64,000 bases of DNA from positions 1 through 64,000 of the forward strand of contig NW_027437439.1 in assembly GCF_964204645.1 (NCBI RefSeq). Direction: 5' to 3'. Each line of letters begins with the position of its first letter. Position 1 is the first letter of the stretch. This DNA comes from Tubulanus polymorphus. Lineage: Eukaryota > Animalia > Nemertea. Below are positions 11,001 through 23,568 of the stretch, in pieces. Position numbers and translations under genes: made by a program. Below the pieces are notes generated by a model, which was given only the letters and a program-made list of their open reading frames with translations, did not search any database and was not told where the DNA came from.

Positions 11001-13024
11001 ACACCGCGGTGCGGTGTATCGTTAGGTACTAATATTTCACTATGTTTGACAGGTGCTGCCAACTTTCAATAGAGATAATTAGTAATTACTAATTAAATCA
11101 ATACACCGCAGTGCGCTGTACTAGCAAAATCCATCACTGATTCGTACACCGCACTGCGGTGTAGACGCACTGAAAGGTTTAAGGACACCTACGGTTACGA
11201 CTCCCCGAATCATAAAAACAGAGAATATTTTCCGACATAAATAACTTACGTGAATGGAAAGAGTGAAGAGGGTCCACTCGTAGACGGCGATGTGCGAGAT
11301 CACAGATATAGCAGCGAGCGCGACAGCAGCGAACAGAACCAACAGCACGCGGTGTAAATAGTGCATGAATAATTGATACTGAAATGTTACGTGGCACAAC
11401 GCGAATATCTGAAATTAGAAATGCGCGGAAAAACTGAGCAACGCTTATCGTTAAAACACCGGGTATTCCGGTAATCGAGGTATTCAGGTTAATCAGATTC
11501 CTGGGCCCGGTTTCATAGACTGGGTATCAAAGTTATCCCTAGAGGTAAATCCTCAATCTGGGTGACAACCACCATGGTTACAATGAGAAACCATGGTTGT
11601 AACTGACAAATTTCAAAATGTTCCAAGGGATTATTTTTCTTCCACATCTATGAAACCCAGCCCTGGGGCCAGTTGCACAGTCGTGACTTAAGTCCAAAAG
11701 TGGTCTTAAATCTTAAGACTGGTCTTAAGTTGTTAGATTGGCTATAGAACTAAGTTGGTCTTAGACTGGTCTTAAGTCTAAGCCATGAATATGCAACCAG
11801 TCCCTGAACTGTAGAATTTCAAGATTTACTATACCAGCAACTGCTTTTTTTCCACATATTTTTTTCTGTTTAGACTTAACTCTTGAGTTCGTAAGATAGA
11901 TATATTTATTTTCATCAGATAAGAATCATACAAATTGATTTTTATTATAAATATTGAAATAGAAATTTGTACACGATATCAGATGAGGAACACAGTGCAA
12001 GCCTAACTCTAGAGTCAATTCATTACTGGGAACTCGTTTAAAAGAAAATGCACACTTACTGTTAATAAAATGAAATAAATGAAAATGGCGGCGGTGATAC
12101 CGAATATAACGGCGTACCAGTTAAACCATGATAATACAATCTCAAATATATACCTGAAATATACGTCAAACAAATACTTTAATACATAGACCTGTGAATT
12201 ACACAGTCAGTGGCAAGTGAGGATCAACCAGGTGTCGCTAGTGTGCAGTAGGACATCAACTACTGCAGCAATAGAGGATTCCACTTGTGGCAAGTGATGA
12301 TCCACCAGGTGTCGCTAGTGTGCAGTAGGACATCAACTACTGCGGCAATAGAAGATTCCACTTGTGGCAAGTGAGGAACCACCCGGTGGCACTAGTGTGC
12401 AGTAGGATATAAGCTACAGAACACTGTTCAGCTTCAAGAAAAAAGTTCAACTTAAAATCTTGGGTTGATCTGCTGTTGGTGACTTCATTTTCTCAATGAG
12501 GACAACAATTCAAAGTTAGTTGTAATGTTTCATGGAATTGAACCCCCAGGCCTTGTTTTTAATGTACAGGATGTATTCATATGAAGAAAGTGCACATCTT
12601 AATACTTACCAGTTTACTGAGTCAAAGTCATTGTAGACGACCAGCCAGAAATATAAACTCATACCCACAAATATCGTTAACAGCAACAACAACACGAACC
12701 ACGTTCTGTCGCACTGTAACAAAACAAAAACAAAACAAAATTTAAATTTGAAATTTATTTCTTATGTCATTTGTATGGGATAAAAAAATTTCGATTTTAT
12801 TTCCAAAAATTCCTTTTAAGCACGTATTCCTCTGTATTTCATGCGACCGAGTCCGCCCACTGCGGGCCAAACGGGGGACACGCACGTCCACGTACCTTCG
12901 AGTTGGGCATCTTCGATTGCTTGTAACGTTTCCATCGGCAACCGAAGCATCCCGTGATGCAGAGGCTGCAGTAGTTCTGATGGTAGTACTGTATCCGTCG
13001 GATGCTGGACCGACGATAAGCCAT
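2006..13024 (-). CDS. GDPD5: GDPD5/GDE2-like six-TM glycerophosphodiester phosphodiesterase, 13 coding exons, 570 aa
   Basis: Minus-strand exons, all GT-AG with consistent phases: 13024-12896, 12713-12610, 12153-12060, 11408-11250, 10400-10307, 10154-10009, 9491-9409, 9006-8856, 8322-8095, 7430-7276, 6316-6169, 5550-5468, 2144-2006 (1713 nt). Translation gives the family N-terminus QYYHQNYCSLCITGCFGCRWKRY, TM helices, catalytic motifs IIGHRG / APENTLASF / LESDV / SDGVAFMLHD, a C-terminal TM and tail IKQKLVI (cf. vertebrate MKEKLIF). Orthology within GDPD2/4/5 is not resolvable. An acceptor at 13122 implies upstream 5'UTR exon(s). Confidence 0.93.
3145..3528. mobile_element. piggyBac-like MITE family A copy with 58-bp flanking duplication
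   Basis: TTAA-CCCTTTCAGTGC ... GCACTGAAAGGG-TTAA. Confidence 0.85.
4436..4790. mobile_element. Non-autonomous TIR element (ATGGTTCCCAC ends, hAT-like)
   Basis: ATGGTTCCCAC ... GTGGGAACCAT inverted termini. Second diverged copy at ~14223-14495. Confidence 0.6.
5610..6052 (+). repeat. 77-bp minisatellite (~5.5 units)
   Basis: CCACCAGGTG recurs at 5651, 5728, 5805... Confidence 0.9.
6762..7145 (+). repeat. 47-bp minisatellite expanded inside a family-B MITE
   Basis: Starts with the MITE left end GGCCCAGTTACACAGTCGTGAC, then CTGGTCTTAAGTTGTTAGATTGGCTATAGAA... at 47-bp period (6814, 6861, 6908). Confidence 0.85.
7809..8075. mobile_element. piggyBac-like MITE family A copy
   Basis: TTAA-CCCTTTCAGTGC ... 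GAAAGGG-TTAA. Confidence 0.82.
8365..8825 (+). repeat. 38/39-bp minisatellite
   Basis: Unit GAGTCAAATTAAACCCACACAACTGTGGAACTGGATCCA. Confidence 0.88.
9612..9978 (+). repeat. 77-bp minisatellite
   Basis: Same unit as 5610-6052. Confidence 0.88.
10891..11178. mobile_element. piggyBac-like MITE family A copy (opposite orientation)
   Basis: TTAA flanks, same TIR, interior reverse-complementary to 3145-3528. Confidence 0.82.
11504..11803. mobile_element. Two adjacent PIF/Harbinger-like MITEs sharing a CTG target
   Basis: CTG-[11504-11662, TIR GGCCCGGTTTCATAGA]-CTG-[11666-11803, TIR GGGCCAGTTGCACAGTC]-CTG. Confidence 0.78.
12210..12415 (+). repeat. 77-bp minisatellite
   Basis: Same unit, ~2.6 copies. 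Confidence 0.85.
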
Positions 13025-13156
13025 CGTCGTCGCTGTTCTCGTAGAGCGCTTAGGAGCAGACGTTAGACTTTTCTTCAATTTAATTCGTACATAATGGCCG
13101 CGACCGGCTCGGCTTCAAATTTCTGAAAAATAGAAATTTCTTTTTTTAAGAAAATA

Positions 13157-13192
<36 letters not shown>

Positions 13193-13343
13193 TAATAATA
13201 AAATATTAATAATAATAATGCCATTTATACAGTGCTAAATCCATCCGTCAGTGTACACATTAATTGTAAGGCAATACAGAAATTGTATGAAAACGTTAAA
13301 ACTATGTTAATCAGCTTGATCGGTGAATCGGTGACGAGTTTAA

Positions 13344-13750
13344 CCATTTCAGCACGTCTACACCGCAGTGCGGTGTATGAATGAATGAATGAGTGATTAT
13401 GCTAGTACACAGCATCAGCATCGCGGTGTATTGATGCAATTAGCGATTAGTTCCAGGTCGAATGAAGTTAATCCTTTCAGTGCCGTGTATAAATCGGTGA
13501 TGGATTTTGCTAGTACACGGCACTGCCGTGTATTGATGTAATTAGTAATTAGTTTTTATCTCAATTGAAAAATGGCAGCACGTGTCAAACATAGTGAAAC
13601 ACTAGTAACTAACAATACACCGCACCGCAGTGTAGACACACTATAGTGGGTTTCCCGTTATTCAAAACACTAGGGTGGAATTTTTCGAAATTTTTACATC
13701 ATCTCCAGCACTAAAGGCCCTAGGGTATTAATTAGTCAGCACTGAAAGGG
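13344..13750. mobile_element. piggyBac-like MITE family A: partial copy plus full copy (13472-13750)
   Basis: Same TIR and interior. Further fragments at ~7148-7222 and ~21925-22107. Confidence 0.75.
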
Positions 13751-15009
13751 TTGATACAATTGAATTACACCGCGGACTACGATTTCGACCGGACCTGGAA
13801 CCAGTTTCTGTCCACACAAAAAGATTAAGTCCGTTCCACTGTCGTATACAGGATCCCTACTGATCCGTCATTCCAGAATTCTAGACTTTTCACGGAGAAA
13901 ATTCCGAATCTCGAGAAGTGTATGCGTCACTTTCATATCCCAAATACAGTACAACACTCCTCCTTAATCGGTACTGTTTATCTTGGTAAAACATTATTTC
14001 AGTGGAATCTGTGTGTATAAGGCATTTGACTGCAAACAAACAAACCAACAAACCTCAAAATTTTCCAATTGTCAATATCTCCAAATTCAAAGAGTTTTCG
14101 AAAACTTTTGAGCATTTCGCTCGAATTCAAGGATATTCAAAGACTTCAAAAAAACATTTTCAGTGGAGTATTTCAAGGAATCAAGTAGTCGTAGGGACCC
14201 TGTTATAGATTCACTCAGAAAACATGGCTGAATCGCGACAAATTCCCAGGTTTTTCCCAAGTATTTCATGGGAGATTTTGCAATTATCGCAAATAGAAAT
14301 GAAGAGATATCATTTTAGTCAACATTTTAGTGGTGACTGGTTGATAAAGGTGATTCTCAATGGAAATCGCTGAAAAGTAAATGAATTTCCCAAACATTTT
14401 CCTGATTTGAGGAAAACGTTTTAAATTCCAAAATATTTCCAAACTGGTAATTGTCATTTCAAAATTCCCAATTTACCTGTTCTGTGGGAACCATGTTTCC
14501 GTTGCGCAGTTGTGGCCTGTTTACACCACACAGCGCGGGATAATTAGTTTATGTTACACTGTATCAATAGTAAATGAGTAAAAAAAATACCGCGATCTCA
14601 ATCAACTAGCTACATTAACACAATAATGTAATTAAGCCATTTTCGAGTTTACATTGTTTCTATTGCGTTGTAGTTCCTGAAAGTGTTACACACGGAAAAA
14701 CCTCCCCGAAACTTGTTGTCAGCACGCCAAATTGCGTCGCGACTGAAGATATGACCCATACAGGGGTTACAGTGGTAAGGCCAGGACGAAAATAAGTACT
14801 ACGAAAGGTTTTTTCCCCCGGAAAGTTTAGACACAAAAAGAAGGACTTTTCGGGTTGGAGAGAAGCACTTTCCAGTAAAATGAGGGCCCATCAGGGAGCA
14901 TTTTCGTATGCCTATATCCAAATACATACAAGTCATAAAGACCAGTCAAATATCCAATACATTCAATCTTACTGACAATTGAATTAACAGGCCTAAGGAA
15001 TAAACCACT

Positions 15010-15636
15010 ATAAGACATTTCATCAGTACAATTTCTGATCGTCCACACTTCACATGTGTTCAGTACTTCATCTGAGACATTTCTAATTGAAAAAAACACC
15101 AGATATTAGACATTTTATCGGCACACTTTCAATAACTGATCGTCCACACTTCACATGTGTTCAGTGCTTCACCTGAGACATTTCTAATTGAAAATGAACT
15201 ACAAACACCAGACATTAGACATTTTATCAGCACACTTTCAAAAACTGATCGTCCACACTTCACATGTGTTCAGTGCTTCACCTGAGACATTTCTAATTGA
15301 AAATGAACTACAAACACCAGACATTAGACATTTTATCAGCACACTTTCAAAAACTGATCGTCCACACTTCACATGTGTTCAGTGCTTCACCTGAGACATT
15401 TCTAATTGAAAATGAACTACAAACACCAGACATTAGACATTTTATCAGCACACTTTCAAAAACTGATCGTCCACACTTCACATGTGTTCAGTGCTTCACC
15501 TGAGACATTTCTAATTGAAAATGAACTACAAACACCGAACATTAGACATTTTAACAGCGCACTTTCAAAAACTGATCGTCCACACTTCACATGTGTTCAG
15601 AACTTCACCAGAGACATGTTCAATTGAAAATGAACA
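15010..15636 (+). repeat. 109-bp minisatellite (~5.7 units)
   Basis: Identical ORF starts at 15188, 15297, 15406, 15515 give period 109. Reverse copy at ~10553-10817. Confidence 0.92.
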
Positions 15637-16109
15637 ATATAGTAAATGTCTGAATGGTTACTGTAAAACCCTGATACCTGCGCAGAATCCCACCACTCTG
15701 CTCGAAAAGCCATGAAAATATCTCGAGTTTAAACCCCGCGTCTGCCTTAGTCTCCGATTAATCGAACCTGTTGAATGTATCCCGAAAGTGAAATAAATTT
15801 CATATTAGCTCAAGTTATAGATTCCTCTCTCTCTCTCTCTCTGCCGGTATCCGGCATACCCCGATCCATAGGAATCATTATCGAATTGATTCATCAGCAT
15901 CTCGCGCTCGTGGCGTCATCGCCATGGCAACTGCGCGCCAAACGCTCCAGCACACTCCGAGAGACTCGCGGATATTTCGCAACTGGTTCAAACGAGGAAA
16001 CAAAAACGTGACGGTTTCCCGTTAATTACCCTACTACTTCAAGTCACCACACGCGGCGCCGGTGTGGTCGAGCAGTTTCAGAGCGAGTGATAATACCCAG
16101 GAATCATAG

Positions 16110-16472
16110 TTAAATTAAACCCACACAATTGTGGAACTGGGTCCAGAGACAAATTTAACCCACACAACTGTTGAACTGGATCCAGAGACAAATTAAACCC
16201 ACACAATTGTGGAACTGGATCCAGAGACAAATTAAACCCACACAATTGTGGAACTGGATCCAGAGACAAATTAAACCCACACAATTGTGGAACTGGATCC
16301 AGAGACAAATTAAACCCACACAATTGTGGAACTGGGTCCAGAGACAAATTAAACCCACACAACTGTTGAACTGGGTTCAGTCAAATCAAGCCCACACAAC
16401 TGTGGAACTGGATCCAAAGTCGAAATTAACCCTGGCAACTATGGAACTGAGCTCAGAGTCGAATTAAACCCA
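16110..16472 (+). repeat. 39-bp minisatellite
   Basis: Same unit, homogenised variant with GAGACAAATT. Confidence 0.9.
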
Positions 16473-16726
16473 AGAACGTAGACGTAAACTCAGACCCTAT
16501 CTCACCTCCGCCTACAATCCATCAATGTAATAACCCTAATTGTTATAATTGCTCACTCTCCTGAACCCTCTAGCTTACTCATATAAAACTCTCCTGATAT
16601 TTACGAAAATTATCAACTCCCATTTCCTTTCCCTTTGTTTATCATTTTCCTTTCGTTTTTCCCCCTGGGCGCTTACGACAGCGCCCTTTAGGCTTTGCTT
16701 AGCCCACACAGAAAGCTACTGTTCGT

Positions 16727-17049
16727 TCTCTCCCTCTCCCTCTCCCTCTCCCTCTCCCTCTCCCTCTCCCTCTCCCTCTCCCTCTCCCTCTCCCTCTCCC
16801 TCTCCCTCTCCCTCTCCCTCTCCCTCTCCCTCTCCCTCTCCCTCTCCCTCTCCCTCTCCCTCTCCCTCTCCCTCTCCCTCTCCCTCTCCCTCTCCCTCTC
16901 CCTCTCCCTCTCCCTCTCCCTCTCCCTCTCCCTCTCCCTCTCCCTCTCCCTCTCCCTCTCCCTCTCCCTCTCCCTCTCCCTCTCCCTCTCCCTCTCCCTC
17001 TCCCTCTCCCTCTCCCTCTCCCTCTCCCTCTCCCTCTCCCTCTCCCTCT
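16727..17049 (+). repeat. Perfect (CTCTCC)n hexamer microsatellite, ~53 units
   Basis: Directly visible. Confidence 0.97.
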
Positions 17050-17624
17050 ACTCAAAAGCACTAACTAATTTTCAAAGCACCAAAATTAAAATTTTTCTTC
17101 AAAAAAAAAAAGAAAAAAAAACATAATATGAATTTTACACGTATTTTCATATTCTCGCGAATGAACAACGCGGGAGACGCCCGAAAAACATACAAAACCT
17201 AAACATTCTTCCTAGATGATAAAGCAAATTATCTGCGTACACGGCATGAATCAACGCACAATACTGCAGTAAGTATAGTTAGTTAGCGCTGATTATAGAG
17301 TCATGACGCACATCGTAAGCATGAAACTATGAAACGTAATCCCCGCAAAAATTTCCCGTGAGATATCATCATCGTAGAACGGCGGCGGGTCACACATAGC
17401 TGAGGTCGACTCGCAGCATTCTGCACCGCCGGCAAAATATGTCGCGAAAAAAATCCTTAATTACTTCGCGCATCGGCGTTAGGCGTTTTTTTCTCTCTCA
17501 ATAATTTGCAGTTATTATACGGAATATTTCTTTTTTTTTGGGAAACGAAAAGAAAGGACGAAGGGAATAATTAAACGGTTACATTTTTCCAGTATTTTCC
17601 GTGAAAATTTGCGGTAGACCGAGC

Positions 17625-18206
17625 ACTACTAGCAACGCCTAGTGGATCCTCACTTGCCACAAGTGGAATCCTCTTTCATCGCAGAAGTTTATGTCCTACT
17701 GCACATTAGCGACATCTGGTGGATCCTCACTTGCCACAAGTGGAATCCTCTATTACCGCAGTAGTTTCTGTCCCACTGCACACTAGTGACACCTGGAGGA
17801 TCCTAACTTGCAGCAAGTGGAATCCTCTATTACCGCAGTAGTTTCTGTCCCACTGCACACTAGTGACACCTGGAGGATCCTAACTTGCAGCAAGTGGAAT
17901 CCTCTATTACCGCAGTAGTTGATGTCCTACTGTACATTAGCGACACCTGGTGGATCCTCACTTGCCACCAGTGGAATCCTCTATTACCGCAGTAGTTGAT
18001 GTCCTACTGCACATTAGCGACATCTGGTGGATCCTCACTTGCCACAAGTGGAATCCTCTATTACCGCAGTAGTTGATGTCCTACTGCTCACTAGTGACAC
18101 CTGGTGGATCCTCACTTGCCACAAGTGGAATCCTCTATTACCGCAGTAGTTGATGTCCTACTGCACACTAGCGACACCTGGTGGATCCTCACTTGCCACA
18201 AGCGGA
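17625..18206 (-). repeat. 77-bp minisatellite, reverse orientation (~7.5 units)
   Basis: Reverse complement of the same unit. Confidence 0.9.
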
Positions 18207-18829
18207 ATACTACATTGAATTTTGGAAAAAAAACTGAAGCGCCGAAGACCGAGTAACTACTAACTAATAATATAACGACACGTTTTGGTGGAACCATGCG
18301 GAATCCTCACTTGCCACAGGAAACTGAATGTACTATGCGTGTAAGTCGTATCCATTATGTATTAAACGACGACCTTCATCGAAAAAGTACAACCGGCATT
18401 CATGACCGAATAAAAACCATTAAAAAAAAAAACAACAACCCGCGGATCATTATGCGTACCACACGATGTCATCATGACTAGAAAATACTTCCAACGATAC
18501 AGGATGCGGAAAAAAACCGATCTCTTAAAAATGCTACGTTCGTGGCCATTAGCCAACTGCACCAACTCTCCCAGGCTAATAACTACCAACCTAACCCCCA
18601 TGGGAATCGGTTCTCTTCTCAGGCCGCTTTAATCGCGATTGATTCTTATCTTCGCGGCGAATAAAAACCCCTGCTGCCCGTAAAACATCGGAGAAATTTT
18701 CGTTGATCGGTTATTTCCGTCTCGAAAATTTTGAAAATATAGTATAGATAACGAACAGCTTTCCAATTAGTAAAATTGTCCAGGCAAACTTAAGCCCGAC
18801 ATTCAAACTTTTTGAGCTGAGATAAATAC

Positions 18830-19448
18830 CGACTCAAAGAGTTAAAGACTGACTCAAAAGTTGAATTTAAGACTGATCCAAGAGTTAAAAACTGACTCAA
18901 AAGTTTAAGACTTAGTCAAAATTTTAAGACTGATTCAGGAGTTAAAGACTGACTCAAAAGTTGAATTAAAGACTGATCCAAGAGTTAAAGACTGACAAAA
19001 GAGTTAAAGAATGACTCCCAGGCTTAAAGACTGACCCAAGAGTTAAAGACTGACTAAAGAGTTAAAGAATGACTCCCATTACTTAAGACTGTGACCCAAG
19101 AGTTTAAGACTGACTATAGACTCAAATACTGACTCAAGAATCAGAAACTGACTCAAGACTCAAATACTGACTCAAATACAGACAGACTCAAATACTGACT
19201 CAAGACTCAAATACTGACACAAGACTCAAATACTGCCTCAAGACTCAAATACTGACTCAAGACTCAAATACTGACTCAAGACTCAAATACTGTCTCAAGA
19301 CTCAAATACTGACTCAAGACTCAAATACTGACTCAAGACTCAAATACTGACTCAAGACTCAAATACTGATTCAGGAGTCAAATACTGACTCAGGAATAAA
19401 ATACTGACTCAGGAATAAAATACTGACTCAAGAGTTCAAGACTGACTC
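18830..19448 (+). repeat. 19/20-bp minisatellite
   Basis: GACTGACTCAAGAGTTAAA grading into ACTGACTCAAGACTCAAAT. Confidence 0.9.
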
Positions 19449-19987
19449 CGTAGATTTAAAGTTTGTGTACATTCTAATTCTTCAGGATTCCGGTTGACGC
19501 CGTTCGCAATGTTGCCACCCTGGATAATTTTTCCTTATAAAAAACAGTCGCGGCGGAGAAATTAGAAAAATAATCGAATATTCAATCGACGACTAACAAT
19601 GATAAGACAACCCCGCACGAAAAGAACCAATTTAAATTCCTCAACTAACGACGTGTATATCGGATAAAAAGAAATCGAGGTCACCGGACTAGAATCTGGA
19701 TGAGAAGATATACATCGAGGGGTTATATAAGTCGGTTAGCCGTTTGAAGAATTTCATTAAAAAGAAAAAAAAACTTGGAATAATTTCCTCCGACGAGGGC
19801 CGGTCGTTAAAATTCTTATCCGTTAACATTGAAATTTTTTGATGATGCGATAAGCTAGGTTGGCGGTTCTAAAGGCCGGTTGTACGCACGGGACCTGCTG
19901 CAATATTTCCACTTCAAAGTCCCTCGGATTTTCTTATATATAGATCAGGGAATCAAAATATTTCCCTGACCCTCGACCGAAAATTCC

Positions 19988-20370
19988 TGTTTCTTATCAA
20001 GAGTTTCCTTGTGAGACTCGTCACCAGCAAGAACAACATGACACCAAAAATTCAAATTCCCTGATTAAATTATAAGGTATCCTCGGTGAGGGCTGTTTCT
20101 TATCAAGAGGTTCCTTGTGTCACTCGTCACCAGCAAGAACAACATGACACCAAAAATTCAAATTCCCTGATTAAGTTGTAAGATATTCTCATTGAGGGCT
20201 GTTTCTTATCAAGAGGTTCCTTGTGTCACTCGTCACCAGCAAGAACAACATGACACCAAAAATTCAAATTCCCTGATTAAATTGTAAGATATCCTCAGTG
20301 AGGGCTGTTTCTTATCAAGAGGTTCCTTCCTTGTGTCACTCGTCACAAGCAAGAACAACAATTCAAATTC
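19988..20370 (+). repeat. 106-bp tandem repeat (~3.5 units)
   Basis: TGTTTCTTATCAAGAG at 19988, 20094, 20200, 20306. Confidence 0.9.
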
Positions 20371-21034
20371 CATGATATTTCCATGACCCTTGACCAAAAA
20401 TTTCCTGACCAAATGAGATACCAGTGTGCCACTTGTCACCAGCGGAAAGACGACACCAACCCAAAGTACACGATGGCTACTGAAGCAAATTCAAAAACGG
20501 AGACCTGCTTAATTCAGGACCGACAAAATTCACTTTGGTTCAAATGAGAAATCCGAATTAAACATTATGTCTTATAACAACATGCATATAAATAAAGGTT
20601 GACCGCAAATAATCGGGATAAAATCGAAATTAATCTGAGCCCGTAGTGAGCGGGGTTTGACTCACAAATTGCCGAACAGCAGTCTCTTCCTAACCTGCGT
20701 TAATGCGTTCTTATCCAATCTCTAATCCTGCCCTCTCTCTCTCCCTCTGTCTTACAAATATTAAACGTATTGACTTGACTCTTCTGTATATCACCTTATT
20801 GTGTTACATACATACATATTTATAGAATTACTAGCTGTGTGATTACACTGAGTGTTTACAGGGTTCCAATAATAAAACAATGAACTTACAACAAGTTCTC
20901 AATGTGTCTAGAAGAATAACAATATACAAGCAAATCAGGTCGCTGGATATACATAGTGCAATCTCACTGTAACAACTGATTTCAGGGGACCTGATAATGG
21001 GGTGTTCATTATAAGTGATAGTTCGTTGAAATTA

Positions 21035-21481
21035 ATTAGACATTTTATCAGCTCACTTTCAAAAACTGATCATCCACACTTCACATGTGTTCAGTGCTTC
21101 ACCCGAGACATTTATAATTGAAAATGAACTACAAACATCAGGCATTAGACATTTTATCAGCACACTTTCAAAAACTGATCGTCCACACTTCACATGTGTT
21201 CAGGGCTTCACCTGAGACATTTTTAATTGAAAATGAACTACAAACACCAGACATTAGATATTTTATCTGCAAACTTTCAAAGACTGATCGTCCACACTTC
21301 ACATGTGTTCAGGGCTTCACCTGAGACATTTTTAATTGAAAATGAACTACAAACACCAGACATTAGATATTTTATCTGCAAACTTTCAAAAACTGATCGT
21401 CCACACTTCACATGTCTTCAGAACTTCACCTGAGACATTTTTAATTGAAAATGAACTACAAACACCAGACATAAGACATTT
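21035..21481 (+). repeat. 109-bp minisatellite (~4 units)
   Basis: Same unit (21118, 21227). Confidence 0.9.
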
Positions 21482-22429
21482 AAGTCCAAGGCAGTAAATT
21501 GATACTTGTATCAATCTCTTCAAGCCGCTTTTATTCTTCGTTTAAATGAAGATCAAATATATGCGGTATCATGGAATCCGATGTATGTCGAAATGCAGTC
21601 TACGGAACACTCTATTAGGAGTGATAAGTGGTGATAAGTATGCCGCGGTATTTACTACACTGATAAGAATGCACATGACCGAAAAGCAAAACCCCGCAAC
21701 ACGTTGAACTAACAGCTTACCACAAACACACCTCACTCGAGAAAATGCATCGGTGGCAAAATATTCAAACCGAAATATCGAAAAAACGCCGAGAAAAACC
21801 AACGTGTTCATTTCGTGAAACGCAGTTTCTATTCATGTTTCACACTAATTCGCGATTCGAGCAGGACAAAAAACTCTGTTTCATGTTTTCAGTGAAACGT
21901 GTAATTGTAAATACTTTTGATGTCTATTGAAAGATGATAGCACCTGTCAAACATAGTGAAACACTAGTAACTAACGATACACTGCACCGCGGTGTAGACG
22001 CACTATAGTGGTATTCCCGTTAGTCAACAGAATAGGGTTGAATCTTCCAAAACTTTTAGATTTTCTCCAGCACTATAGGGTGAATTAATTAGTCAACACA
22101 GAAAGGGAAGAAATTCACCGGGAAGAAATTCACCGACAGACGGTAGTTTTCAAGCGACACGACATAGACTCCGATAGACCCGGCGATTTCACGGTGACCG
22201 ATATCGGAAACCGTATCGATCGGGAAATTTACACCGACTTCCAATCAATTTCTCTCCTCTACGACGCAGAGCGCGAGAAGGTATCGTAAATCAATTACTC
22301 GTTTATATATTATTATGCACCGTCTGTCCTTCCGACACTGAATGACCGGAAGATCCCCAGGTTACATAGTCTATTCTTCTAAATACCAGAGCAGCACGAC
22401 CACCTTGCATCGGAATATTCTTCAGGCTC

Positions 22430-22820
22430 TCAAGTCATTAGATTGGCTGTAGGACCAAAATGAGTTTAAACTGGTCTTAAGTTGTTAGATTGGTTATAGA
22501 ACCAAAATGAGCTTAGACTGGTCTTAAGTTGTTAGATTGGTTATAGAACCGAAATGAGCTTAGACTGGTCTTAAGTAGCTTAGATTGGTTATAGAACCGA
22601 AATGAGCTTAGACTGGTCTTAAGTAGCTTAGATTGGTTATAGGACCGAAATGAGCTTAGACTGGTCTTAAGTAGCTTAGATTGGTTATAGGACCGAAATG
22701 AGCTTAGACTGGTCTTAAGTAGCTTAGATTGGTTATAGAATCAAAATGAGCTTAGACTGGTCTCAAAATGCTTAGATTGGCTACAGACCCAAAATGTGCA
22801 TAGACTGATCTTAAGTTATT
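22430..22820 (+). repeat. 47/48-bp minisatellite (~8 units)
   Basis: CTGGTCTTAAG at 22471, 22518, 22565, 22613... Confidence 0.9.
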
Positions 22821-23249
22821 AGCTCGGGTTAGAGGCCTAGAACCATATCAATTTGGGTCTGAAGACATTATATTGGCTTTAAAACTGAAATCAGCTCAAA
22901 ACTAGATTGGCTATTAAAGAATCTTTATCAAACAGTTGGTGTAGCTTTGAATTACACGTATATCCTAAGAAAGAATAGAGTTTGACATTGATTTTTTGCA
23001 GTAGTTCCTACATGGCAGGTCAACTAGGCCTACTTTTGTCTATTAAAGGTAATGTATATAGGCCTATGCGTGCCAATGTCACATAGGCCTACCTGAAATT
23101 ACTGTTTTTTACGGCAATGTCAACGACTGTTTGTTTTGCTTTGTTTGAAGAAAACTTGATTTGAATAAATGGAGAAGAGACTCTCATGCAAGTGACACAA
23201 TACGTGACATTACAGATATAGTGAACAGGTTTGAAGTGCGCATGAAACA

Positions 23250-23560
23250 CGAGTCAAATGAAACCTACGCAATTGGGGAATTGGATCCACATTCAAATTA
23301 AACACACACAACTGTTGGAACTGGATTCAGAGTCAAATCAAACCTGCACAACTGTGGAACTGGGTTGAGAGTCAAATCAAACCCGCACAACTGTGGAACT
23401 TGGTTCAGGGGCAAATTAAACCCGCACAACTGTGGAATTGGATCCAGTCAAATTAAACCCACACAACTGTGGAACTTGGTTCAGGGGCAAATTAAACCCG
23501 CACAACTGTGGATCTTGGTTCAGGGGCAAATTAAACCCACACAACTGTGGAACTGGATCA
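23250..23560 (+). repeat. 39-bp minisatellite (continues 24585-24625 after transposon insertion)
   Basis: Same unit. Confidence 0.88.
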
Positions 23561-23568
23561 AGAATGAG

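Noticed and set aside
15188-15715. Repeated 66-73 aa ORFs (also 21118-21433)
   Set aside because: By-products of the 109-bp tandem repeat, starting at TTG, with no protein signature.
16110-16472. CRISPR-like appearance of 38/39-, 47- and 77-bp arrays
   Set aside because: Units are contiguous with no unique spacers, no cas genes, eukaryotic context.
16549-17126. ORFs encoding (SP)n, (LS)n, (RG)n
   Set aside because: Translations of the (CTCTCC)n microsatellite; no coding context.
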